Shown: positions 39,093 to 47,995 of the stretch, piece by piece
Position numbering within the stretch: the first letter of the stretch is position 1
How the letters are laid out: every line of letters begins with the position of its first letter
Virus record (IMG/VR): IMGVR_UViG_3300050190_000082
Span: 32,001-96,000 of that record
Direction: 5' to 3' (one strand)
Source: a virus
Length of the DNA stretch: 64,000 nt
Position numbers and translations under genes: made by a program
The notes under the pieces: generated by a model
What the model was told of the DNA's origin: nothing
What the model saw: only the letters and a program-made list of their open reading frames with translations
The model's database searches: none

Positions 39093-39587
39093 TAATTTCA
39101 AATTTTTAAATCTACATAAAATAGAGACTTCTTTAAAAGCTCAAAACTTACCTCACTCATGCTCTCATATGCTTCCATTTACTCCAATTCCCTAGCATAC
39201 AAATAAGTTAAAATCTCCCTTTTATTTGAAGGTAACAAAACTTTTTAAGCAAAATATAGTTTTGCTAATACAATTTTTTGTTCTTAAATCCGCACAACAA
39301 AAAGGAGAGTTATATTTCAACTCTCCTTAAAACATAATTAACTTATTTTTACAATATCAATCAATCCCATTTCACAAAACTCAAATTTAGCGTATAATAA
39401 ACATAATAGTTAAGTAATATATTGAAAATCAAGAAAAATAACATTTGTATATATTATTTATTAGTAGTATAATAATTAATAAGGAGGTGAGGACTGTTAG
39501 GGATATCTTTTAGAAATATCTTTGGTAAGAAACAGGACCATCCATTCGCTAAAAAAATATCCAAAAGAAGAGAGGGGAAAACACTAC

Positions 39588-40997
39588 ATGAAAAAAACTA
39601 AAAAGTTCTTAGCTAGTTTGGTAATTATGGGTATGGTTGCTACCATGGTCCCACTAAATGTTTTGGCAGCAACAGGGGTAACAACGGATCGAATTGGTGG
39701 TGCAGACAGATATCAAACTGCTAATGCCGTAGCAGATAAGATTGTATCTCCGACTACTGCAATCCTTGCCCCAGCTGAAAATGATAACTTGGTAGATGCC
39801 TTAGCGGCAGCACCATTAGCTGGAACCAAATCTCCTATTTTACTGACGCAAAGCAACACCCTGACTGCTGCTACAAAAACTGAACTGGCTAAACTAGGCG
39901 TTACAAAGGTCTATGTAGTTGGAGCAATCAGCAAAACAGTCGTCGACCAAGTAAGTGCAATGGGTATTACAGTTACCACTCTCCAAGGCGCTGATCGTAT
40001 TGCAACTGCGGCTATGATTTCTTCTAAACTCACCACCGCACCAGCAGGTTCATTCGTAGTTGGCTATAATGCTTTGGCAGATGCATTGTCGGTAGCTTCT
40101 TATGCAGCAGCTAATAACTATTCTATCTTAGTAGCAAATCCTGATGGAAGCCTTCCGGTATCCGAGGCCACTTATAAAGGTGCTAAAGTTTACACCGTCG
40201 GTGGACCTAAACTCGTAGCAGACATCGCTGGTGCTACTCGTCTCGCGGATACAGATCGATTCGCTACGAATAAAGTCGTGCTCGAAACTCTTGGTTACAC
40301 CTATAACAAAGTCTATGTTGCTAACGGAACACAGGCACACTTAGTTGACTCACTCGTTGCTTCATCCTTAGCTGCCTTAGATGGCGCTCCAATCGTTCTG
40401 ACAGACACATTTACTGGCGGGGATGCTACTGCAGCTGCCATCGGTACTAAACTTGCTGACAATGCGGTAGTGGTTGCACTTGGTGGAGATCAGGTTGTTA
40501 CGAATGAAACTTTGGCGAAGGTTACCAAAATAGATTATACTTACACTGTAACAGACGGTAAAGCCCAAATTACGAGGTACACAGGGGATGGTGGAGCTAT
40601 TGCAATACCAAGTACATTAGGTGGAGTTCCTGTCATAAGCATCGGCTACGACGCTTTTTTCTATTGCACAGGCTTAACTAGTATTAGTATTCCGCAAGGA
40701 GTCACAAGTATCGGTGACGGGGCTTTTGCCTTTTGCACAGGCTTAATTAGCATTACCATTCCTAAAGGAGTCACAAATGTATCCAGCTATGTCTTTTACT
40801 ATTGTCCAAACTTAACTACTATTAACTTTAACTCGGCAACAACAACTATATATGATGATTCATACACAATTCCAGACACAACAAAGATTATAGGATATGC
40901 CTCATCTACCGCAAAAGATTACGCTACAAAATATGGAAACACGTTCGAAGTTATACCAGAAACGTTAGCTGCTTTAATGGACAGGATTCATACTTAA
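39588..40997 (+). CDS. cell wall-binding repeat 2 (CWB2) surface protein with BspA-type LRR
   Basis: Signal peptide, three G.DR..T / PILL repeats, IG..AF..C..L.SI.IP repeats; higher GC than flanks. Confidence 0.85.
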   Translation: MKKTKKFLASLVIMGMVATMVPLNVLAATGVTTDRIGGADRYQTANAVADKIVSPTTAILAPAENDNLVDALAAAPLAGTKSPILLTQSNTLTAATKTELAKLGVTKVYVVGAISKTVVDQVSAMGITVTTLQGADRIATAAMISSKLTTAPAGSFVVGYNALADALSVASYAAANNYSILVANPDGSLPVSEATYKGAKVYTVGGPKLVADIAGATRLADTDRFATNKVVLETLGYTYNKVYVANGTQAHLVDSLVASSLAALDGAPIVLTDTFTGGDATAAAIGTKLADNAVVVALGGDQVVTNETLAKVTKIDYTYTVTDGKAQITRYTGDGGAIAIPSTLGGVPVISIGYDAFFYCTGLTSISIPQGVTSIGDGAFAFCTGLISITIPKGVTNVSSYVFYYCPNLTTINFNSATTTIYDDSYTIPDTTKIIGYASSTAKDYATKYGNTFEVIPETLAALMDRIHT

Positions 40998-41099
40998 ATA
41001 TACACAACAAAAAAGAAGAGTAAAACTCTCCTTTAAGCTAAACTATAATTTCCACATATTCCCTATTGTAAATAAACCATAACCATGTTACATTTACCT

Positions 41100-41209
41100 T
41101 GCTTGATACCAAAGCAACCAAGTGTAGAATATTGTTCTACATTCTTCAAAGGAGATTATGCCTTCTTTGAAGAGGGAAGAAGATCATATTAATTTATGGT
41201 CTTCTTTTT
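41100..41209 (+). ncRNA. candidate sRNA (four hairpins)
   Basis: TTGTAA-N17-TACATT promoter, stacked hairpins, U-tailed terminator. Confidence 0.4.
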
Positions 41210-41258
41210 AATTATCTATTTTGAATCTAGGTTTTGATACGTTGGTTCATTTTCGATC

Positions 41259-41888
41259 CTAAATACTTTTAATATACCTTAACCCATTAGTAGAACTACC
41301 AGTATATAGGACTTCACAATCAACAATTTTATTTATGCGTTGAGTTGCTAAATTTACTTCCTTTGCATCAATTTGTATAAGTGTAATATCATTCTCTATA
41401 CAAAATGCAAGTTTATTCTTTTTAACTGGAGATGTATTATTTACTTCCACAGCAATTTCTATTTTACCTTTGTGAGAAAATGCAATATCAAATATAAAGA
41501 TACAATCAGCTACTCCTTTATATTTGCAAAAATTACATGGATGAGACTTAAAATATGTATAGTCTTCATCCATAATTAAAATATTTTGATTCCACTTGCC
41601 ACGTTCACTATCTGAAAATCTTGTATCAAATAATTCACAATCTTCTTCATAGGTATATGCTTTAATACATTGACAACACTGACCACTATGATAAGGTTCC
41701 ATTACACCTGATTCTTTATAGACATAGGATTCCATTGACCCAAATCCCATTCTGTCTATATCTATATGAAATCTGTATCCTTCTTGGTCTTGAAAAATAA
41801 CATCTTTATTGACAATCCAGTCCATTAGATACCCTTTGTTGTAATAATGTAATCCACCTTCATTTGACTTTAGTTCTGTAATCTTCAA
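41259..41888 (-). CDS. PD-(D/E)XK-like (CoiA-like) protein
   Basis: FDIA....IAVEV..T....K......I..I.I motif; GAAGGAG RBS. Confidence 0.5.
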   Translation of the reverse strand: MKITELKSNEGGLHYYNKGYLMDWIVNKDVIFQDQEGYRFHIDIDRMGFGSMESYVYKESGVMEPYHSGQCCQCIKAYTYEEDCELFDTRFSDSERGKWNQNILIMDEDYTYFKSHPCNFCKYKGVADCIFIFDIAFSHKGKIEIAVEVNNTSPVKKNKLAFCIENDITLIQIDAKEVNLATQRINKIVDCEVLYTGSSTNGLRYIKSI

Positions 41889-42125
41889 AATTTAAACATC
41901 TCCTTCAAAATTGATATAAAAATAAGAGAGTATTATAACTCTCAAAATATAAATTCAAATTCTGGACATAAATATTGAGCTTGTCTCAATATTTTGGACA
42001 GAGATTATGACGCTTCATAATCTAACCTGCTTCGTCGTCCCTATATCCCTAATTCATACACTTATCTATAAGCAAAAGGGGATTCTCTGTATTAAAGTAT
42101 AGAGAAGTCCCCTTAACAATATATA

Positions 42126-44087
42126 TTAGAAATTTATGTATCTTCTATTAGATTCTATATCCATATTATTATCTTTTAAATATTGCAACATAATTGGTTT
42201 AATCATTGACTTCTTAAATGTATCAGATTTAATATCCAATAATTCTTTTACTTTTGCTTTACTTAATCCTTGTTCAAGTAGTGTTTCATTCAAAATCAAT
42301 CCATCTCTATAATCTTCATCTGCTAAAACTTTATCAAAGAACTCAATCAAAGTTTCAACTACATCTTTTTTATTCTCTACAACCTTACCACTTTTCTTTG
42401 ATTGATATTTTAATCCCCAATTATATGTAATTTGGATATCAGGCATAGCTTTTTCAATAAGAGCATCAACTTCTTTATCTCTGTTTATCAAATAAGCATA
42501 AGTTTCAGGACAACCACCATCTACATATCCACGAGATTTAACTCTATTTAATGTTTGTACTATTAATGAACTAATCACAGATACTTTAACTTTCTCAAAT
42601 TCCTCTTGTTTGTATTTTCTATTGCCTTTGATTGGAATAAGAGTAGTATCTAAAGAATTAAATTTATCTGCTGATAGTTCATTCTCACTTACTGAACTTG
42701 TAAAATACATTAATGGATATATTGCATCTGGTAAAAGTTGAATCCCTAATACAAATATTAAATCAAACTCACTCCATTTATTACTTCCTATTGTCCTTCC
42801 ATAATGAGTAATATCAATTTGATCTATTTTCTCATATCCTTTAAATGCTTCTCTAATAATCTTATCTCTTTCTTCACCATTAGTAACTATCAATACTTTT
42901 TCAGCATCAGTTATTTTGCTTTTAATATCTTCAATAATTGTATCTAATAACCCATCCTCTAATCCTTTTCTCATTGATGCAGAAGAACCAGTTACTCCAT
43001 TAAAAATGTTTAAGTGCATATTCTTATATGATTTAATTTGTGGTAAATCTCTTACATCTGACTTGTTGTTAATCTCATATAAATAGTTAATACCTGATGT
43101 AGCGTCTAATGTTACTTTGTAGAAATAAGGATTATCCATATCAATGTACTTATATGTAATTATGGATTTATATTTTATATCGTCACTAATATTTACATAC
43201 CCACCAGTAGCTAACATTGTTCTAATTGCCAGATATGATTCTTTTGCTTGTTTATCTTTGCAAGTGAAGAATAATTCATCTAGTCCTTCAGGCACTTCAA
43301 TATTTTCAAAGGTAGAAAAGAATACGCTATTTTTCTTTATGTCATATGGCTTTAAAAATTCCTTCTTAATCTTAGTTACAAAACCATTAAATCTATCATA
43401 AATATCTTCATTACCCATATTCATAATTGCATTTTCCATTGCACAGATTGAGTTCATGCTGACTGTCATAAATTGAACATTGTTTATGGCTTCATCCACA
43501 ATCAATCTCTCCCTATAAAAAGTATTATATTTACCATGTTTAGTGTTAATTCTTTTATCAGACCACTCACATAATTTATTTACTTCATCTTTGTCAATCA
43601 ATTGTAGAAATCCATTATGAGTTAATACAATCACTGGATATTCTTTTAATTCTTCATTATCAATGGAGTTTCTTTTTCTATCATTAAGTTTATCAAATCC
43701 ACTGTGATAAGCATAAGCTAATTCTATTCCTGCTTTTCTATTAATTGATCTCACAGTTTCATCGCAATCTTCTTTTGTAAGTTTTAATATAATTGTCCCA
43801 GAATATGGTTGTAATAATTTGTTGTTTAACATGTAGGAAATACCATTATTCATTGCTGTAGATTTTCCACAACCAGTAGGAAAGTTGACTATTGCTTTCT
43901 TATCTCTGATAGGGTAAAACATAATGTAATAAAGTAATTGTTTAAGTCCTTTGTAGTATTCTCCACCACTAGGAATAATGACGTTGTAAGTTGCTAATTC
44001 TTTGATTGTTAATTCTGTTGCTTCTGCTACATGTTTCTTTTTTGTTTCAAGTTCCATCTTTTCTAGAAATTCTTTGTAATTCATCAT
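42126..44087 (-). CDS. divergent SF2 helicase-like / origin-binding-type protein
   Basis: PTGCGKST, LTH, IVDEA, LDAT, G.N.W, Q..NR motifs. Confidence 0.6.
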   Translation of the reverse strand: MMNYKEFLEKMELETKKKHVAEATELTIKELATYNVIIPSGGEYYKGLKQLLYYIMFYPIRDKKAIVNFPTGCGKSTAMNNGISYMLNNKLLQPYSGTIILKLTKEDCDETVRSINRKAGIELAYAYHSGFDKLNDRKRNSIDNEELKEYPVIVLTHNGFLQLIDKDEVNKLCEWSDKRINTKHGKYNTFYRERLIVDEAINNVQFMTVSMNSICAMENAIMNMGNEDIYDRFNGFVTKIKKEFLKPYDIKKNSVFFSTFENIEVPEGLDELFFTCKDKQAKESYLAIRTMLATGGYVNISDDIKYKSIITYKYIDMDNPYFYKVTLDATSGINYLYEINNKSDVRDLPQIKSYKNMHLNIFNGVTGSSASMRKGLEDGLLDTIIEDIKSKITDAEKVLIVTNGEERDKIIREAFKGYEKIDQIDITHYGRTIGSNKWSEFDLIFVLGIQLLPDAIYPLMYFTSSVSENELSADKFNSLDTTLIPIKGNRKYKQEEFEKVKVSVISSLIVQTLNRVKSRGYVDGGCPETYAYLINRDKEVDALIEKAMPDIQITYNWGLKYQSKKSGKVVENKKDVVETLIEFFDKVLADEDYRDGLILNETLLEQGLSKAKVKELLDIKSDTFKKSMIKPIMLQYLKDNNMDIESNRRYINF

Positions 44088-44099
44088 TGTTAACATCTC

Positions 44100-44185
44100 C
44101 TTCAATATTGTCCTTAAAAATATAATAAACAGACAGGCACTAAGGATTGTGCTTTTCGGATGGCCTACCCTAGTCTGTTTATTTG
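44100..44185 (-). ncRNA. three-way-junction RNA leader with pseudoknot near the RBS
   Basis: P1 AAUAAACAGAC/GUCUGUUUAUU, GAAAA junction, loop UCCUUA complementary to downstream UAAGGA. Confidence 0.55.
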
Positions 44186-44572
44186 TGCCAAATTAAGACA
44201 CACAAAAAGCACCTCAATAAGAAGTGTTTTTAATCTGCCATAATTTTTTAATAAAAGGAGAGCTATTTTAACAATAACTCCCCTAAACCCTATAAAATCA
44301 TTTTACACTTTTAGAATACCATTATTTACGTCACTCATGCTCCTATTTACTCCATAATGCTTCCATATACTACCCAATCTGTTTTGAAAATCACGATCAA
44401 TTAAAATTCCAATTTTAATCTGTTAGAGATTATGTAAGTCAATTACACTAATATGAGCCATATTTAAGAGTTTGAAGTATAATGTGATACATAAATTGGT
44501 ATAAGATGTAGAAATTTTACTTAGAATATTTGACATAATTATTTCTCCTTTTATAATTATTATTGATTTGAA

Positions 44573-45256
44573 TTATACTGTTGGAGTAATGCTTTTTTGT
44601 ACATTTTCAATAACATGTTTAATTGCTACTTCTGCATCTGCCGTAGCCTTAGCTAAAACTTGATTATAAATTTCCTTCATCATATCTTCTGATACAACAA
44701 TAGGAGATACACTAACAGGCGTAGGAATAACTTCTACTGGAGTCTGAATTTCTGGTGTAATTGGAGTTTCTGGAACTATTTCAGGAATGTCTTCAATCAC
44801 AGGAATAGCAGGTGCTTCAGAGGTTTGGATATCTTCAGGAATACTTGGAACTTCGTCTAAAATAGGCTGTATTGAGTTGAATTGTTCAGTTTGGATGATT
44901 GGTTGGGTATCAATATTTGGAACGCTTAGAACATCATTTAAACCTTGTTTTAGTTGATTAACGCAAGGCTCAATTAATGATTTCCATTGATCTGATGTCA
45001 ACTTAATACCATACTTCTCAGCAATTATTTGGGCTGATGCTAATGCAGAATTTAGTTTCTGTTCATTATTAAGTCCCAACTCTTTTGAAATTTGATTTGA
45101 GTATGCAACCGCATTTAGCGATATGACCTTTGCTGTTTCAAGTTGCTTTGTTGATAGATGTTGACGAATAAAAATAACCAAATAACCCACAAGAATAGGT
45201 GTAGCCGTAGTAACGATAGTGAGAATCAAATTGTACAAAATTGTAGTAAAATCCAT
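44573..45256 (-). CDS. phage holin (LL-H-like) with Pro/Glu-rich extension
   Basis: N-terminal TM, AV...Q......KL..A......GI......LIE..V pattern. Confidence 0.65.
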   Translation of the reverse strand: MDFTTILYNLILTIVTTATPILVGYLVIFIRQHLSTKQLETAKVISLNAVAYSNQISKELGLNNEQKLNSALASAQIIAEKYGIKLTSDQWKSLIEPCVNQLKQGLNDVLSVPNIDTQPIIQTEQFNSIQPILDEVPSIPEDIQTSEAPAIPVIEDIPEIVPETPITPEIQTPVEVIPTPVSVSPIVVSEDMMKEIYNQVLAKATADAEVAIKHVIENVQKSITPTV

Positions 45257-45285
45257 GTTCTTACATCTCCTAATTATTTATTTGT

Positions 45286-46449
45286 TTATATTAAAAAAGA
45301 ATTACCTTTGTTAGATAATTCTTTAAGATAGTTGTCCAATATTGTTTCAATATTATCAAAATCCCAATACCAAATCTCTAAAAAATTATATCCATTAGAT
45401 AATGCATATTCTTTCTTACGCTTATCATGTTCTTGTTGTCTTGCGAATTGTTTTTCTGCAAATTCTAGTCCTTTGCCTTTAAAATCTATTGGCTTCTCAT
45501 GTTGTTCTCCTTGAAATTCTATCAAAAGATTATATTTTGGGACATAAAAATCGTATGATAATAAACCACCACCTAAACCAATAAGCCCTTTAAATTCTTT
45601 TTGAGGTATGAAATAAATATTATTTTTATTATTGAATAATTTAATTGCTTTTTCTCCTACTGATTTGTTACATTCTGGGCAACCGTTATTATTTCTTTTA
45701 CATATGGGCGTTTCCCATTCATGTCCACATTCTTTACATAACCACCATGCGTATTTGCCACTTCCACATGTTACATCATAAGGAGTCAAATCTCCATTCT
45801 TAGTAGGATGCCATTCTTTAGCTAGTTCAGGATTAAGTGTTGCTAAACAATTCGATAACCCTACTTGTCTTCCAGCACAAAATGGGCAACCTGCACCAAT
45901 ACTAATATGCCCCCAATCACATTTAAATTTTTCCCCACATTTTAGACACTGCCATTCTAATTTTTTATCAGACCCATTATATTCTTTGCTAACAAGTATA
46001 AATGGTTTATTATTAAACGTACACCATAATTCTATGTTTTGAAGTGTATATGGGTTTGTTTTACCAAATATTTCAGGCACTCCTTGTTGTTGTAAGGTTA
46101 CTAAGGATAAGGCATAGAAATACCCTTCACTATCTTTAAATATCAATTTATTATAAGCTCTTATATATATATCACTTATTAACTCTAATGGTATATTATT
46201 TAATTCTATTAAGAGTTTAATATTTTGTATTGTATATGAGTTAGATTTATGAAATTTTCTCGCTTTTTTATTAGTAATAAGATTATTCAATTCAACCTCA
46301 TAATAGTAACCATCTTTATCTTTTATTAATAATTTTTGGTAATTATTTATGTAATATTTAGTTAGCAATTCATATCCCAAACTATTAATAATTTCTTCAA
46401 CCTCTTGGATAGTATGTTTCTGTGAGTTTTTACGTCCTCTATCTGACAT
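45286..46449 (-). CDS. Zn-ribbon / Vsr-like putative homing endonuclease (paralog of 37808)
   Basis: Shares CLATLNPELA.EWHPT.NGDLTP.DVTCG and LSYDFY..LIEFQG.QH. Confidence 0.75.
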   Translation of the reverse strand: MSDRGRKNSQKHTIQEVEEIINSLGYELLTKYYINNYQKLLIKDKDGYYYEVELNNLITNKKARKFHKSNSYTIQNIKLLIELNNIPLELISDIYIRAYNKLIFKDSEGYFYALSLVTLQQQGVPEIFGKTNPYTLQNIELWCTFNNKPFILVSKEYNGSDKKLEWQCLKCGEKFKCDWGHISIGAGCPFCAGRQVGLSNCLATLNPELAKEWHPTKNGDLTPYDVTCGSGKYAWWLCKECGHEWETPICKRNNNGCPECNKSVGEKAIKLFNNKNNIYFIPQKEFKGLIGLGGGLLSYDFYVPKYNLLIEFQGEQHEKPIDFKGKGLEFAEKQFARQQEHDKRKKEYALSNGYNFLEIWYWDFDNIETILDNYLKELSNKGNSFLI

Positions 46450-46570
46450 TATTTAATTTCCCCTTCCGTCATAGAAAAGCACAAATGGAAGAAGAGACCC
46501 ATGTAACGGCATAAGTCTCTAGTTTTACACTTATTAGACTTCGAACCCTAATAAGAAACCATATATTTAT
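46450..46570 (-). ncRNA. structured cis-regulatory leader, copy 2
   Basis: Same AGGGUUCGAAGUCU hairpin; loop CCGUUA complementary to UGACGG next to the RBS. Confidence 0.6.
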
Positions 46571-46968
46571 TATTTATTTAACATTGAAATTATGGAATCT
46601 AATTTATCTTTATTTTCAAGTCTAGTTTCCATAGCAAACGCTTGTTCATCCTGAATGAGAGAAATTAATTCTTTGATTCTATCAAATTCATCATTCTGTT
46701 TTGAAAGTTCTTGCATCGTATTATCATCAATTCGCTGTATTAGTTTTTGTGTAGCTCTAGATTGGACATCTCCTCCTACCATGATGATAGGTAAAAATAC
46801 CAATTGGAGAAATGCACTAGAAATGAAGAAAATTATGGTTTGAGCAGGAGGGTAAATGATTGCAAATAAAATCATTACTGTGAATAAATACGCACTCCAC
46901 ATTGTGCCAACTTTTAATGTGATTTGAGTAGCTATATATTCATTAAAACTATTTATTTTATTTTTCAT
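46570..46968 (-). CDS. membrane protein (DUF1003-like) with coiled coil
   Basis: IA..IT..VGTMW.AY.F...LQLV.LP.IMVG pattern. Confidence 0.6.
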   Translation of the reverse strand: MKNKINSFNEYIATQITLKVGTMWSAYLFTVMILFAIIYPPAQTIIFFISSAFLQLVFLPIIMVGGDVQSRATQKLIQRIDDNTMQELSKQNDEFDRIKELISLIQDEQAFAMETRLENKDKLDSIISMLNK

Positions 46969-47458
46969 TACTTAACTCCTTAAATTCCTCCAACACCTTA
47001 TCTGGATTTTCACCATCTTGTGGAACAACATTTTCTTTGTCTAAGCAGAGTTTCTGCATAATAAACGTTGGGAATGTGACATTATGAATTCCATTTGCAG
47101 CACCGTCTTTGTCTCCAGAAACATGATGCTGAAAACAGAGGGCTAACATGTTCCTCACGTCATCCGCATTTTTTATATCCGTATTTTTAAGAAGTCTGGA
47201 ATAACCATATACATCAAATTCCAAGAGAAATTGCTTCAGTTTTGTAAAGTCGCAAACATTTTGGAGACTCCATTCGCAACCCAGATGGTGGATTTGGATA
47301 TTTTCTTCAGTCCCACAAATATAGCATCTGTAGTGTCCGTCTGCTTTAAGTCTCTCTTTACTATGTCTAAAGTCAGGAGATTCTACACGGTCAATATGCT
47401 CTGGTATAATTACTGTTTCTGTGAAATGCTTAGTCATTTCATGTGCTTCAACTGTCAT
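46958..47458 (-). CDS. HNH-like Zn-binding protein
   Basis: CYICG....IQIHH...N.LALC..HH..GIH. Confidence 0.55.
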   Translation of the reverse strand: MTVEAHEMTKHFTETVIIPEHIDRVESPDFRHSKERLKADGHYRCYICGTEENIQIHHLGCEWSLQNVCDFTKLKQFLLEFDVYGYSRLLKNTDIKNADDVRNMLALCFQHHVSGDKDGAANGIHNVTFPTFIMQKLCLDKENVVPQDGENPDKVLEEFKELSNEK

Positions 47459-47475
47459 TTAATTCTCCTTCTATC

Positions 47476-47847
47476 TTATTTTCTTGTCAAAAGATAAACT
47501 ATTGTTGAAATCAAGCCAGAAATTAAAGCTGTTAACCACCAAGGTGGCTTAGACATCCAGTTATTTTTTTGGGTATTTAATTGCTCTGCTAAAGTGGTAA
47601 ATTGAAAAGCAAATTGATTCATTAATTCTTTAGTTTTTTCATCTGATTTTGCTATAAAATTATTAATAGTTTCCTCAATACGAGTAATTCTTTTATCTGT
47701 TTCACTTTGGGCTTTTTCGAATTGTGTCGTTTGAGCATCTTCATGGTCTTTTTTCCATATTTTTAAATTGTCAACTTCTTGCTTTAACAGTGCAAATTTT
47801 ATAGCTTGATCTTGTTTATCTTCTGATTCACCCATGCTTAAAATCAA
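47476..47847 (-). CDS. coiled-coil protein with C-terminal TM (holin/XhlA-like)
   Basis: Coiled coil followed by PPWW..TM; directly downstream of the endolysin. Confidence 0.55.
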   Translation of the reverse strand: MILSMGESEDKQDQAIKFALLKQEVDNLKIWKKDHEDAQTTQFEKAQSETDKRITRIEETINNFIAKSDEKTKELMNQFAFQFTTLAEQLNTQKNNWMSKPPWWLTALISGLISTIVYLLTRK

Positions 47848-47890
47848 CTCTCTTTCTTTACTTTTGTCCCTCCTTCATATATAATGTATG

Positions 47891-47967
47891 TAGCCAATCA
47901 TTTGTAACGAAGGATTGGTTAAGATAGATAGCAGGAAGGACAAATTTCTGCTATCTATTGTTTTATT
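47891..47967 (+). ncRNA. candidate antisense sRNA within the lysis operon
   Basis: TTTACT-N17-TATAAT (47857-47885), hairpin and terminator with plus-strand G-U pairs. Confidence 0.4.
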
Positions 47968-47995
47968 TCGTAGAGAGATGTTGATTATATTAAAA

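Noticed and set aside
44100-44185. Hammerhead ribozyme (3-way junction with GAAA)
   Set aside because: The CUGANGA core and the UH cleavage site geometry are missing
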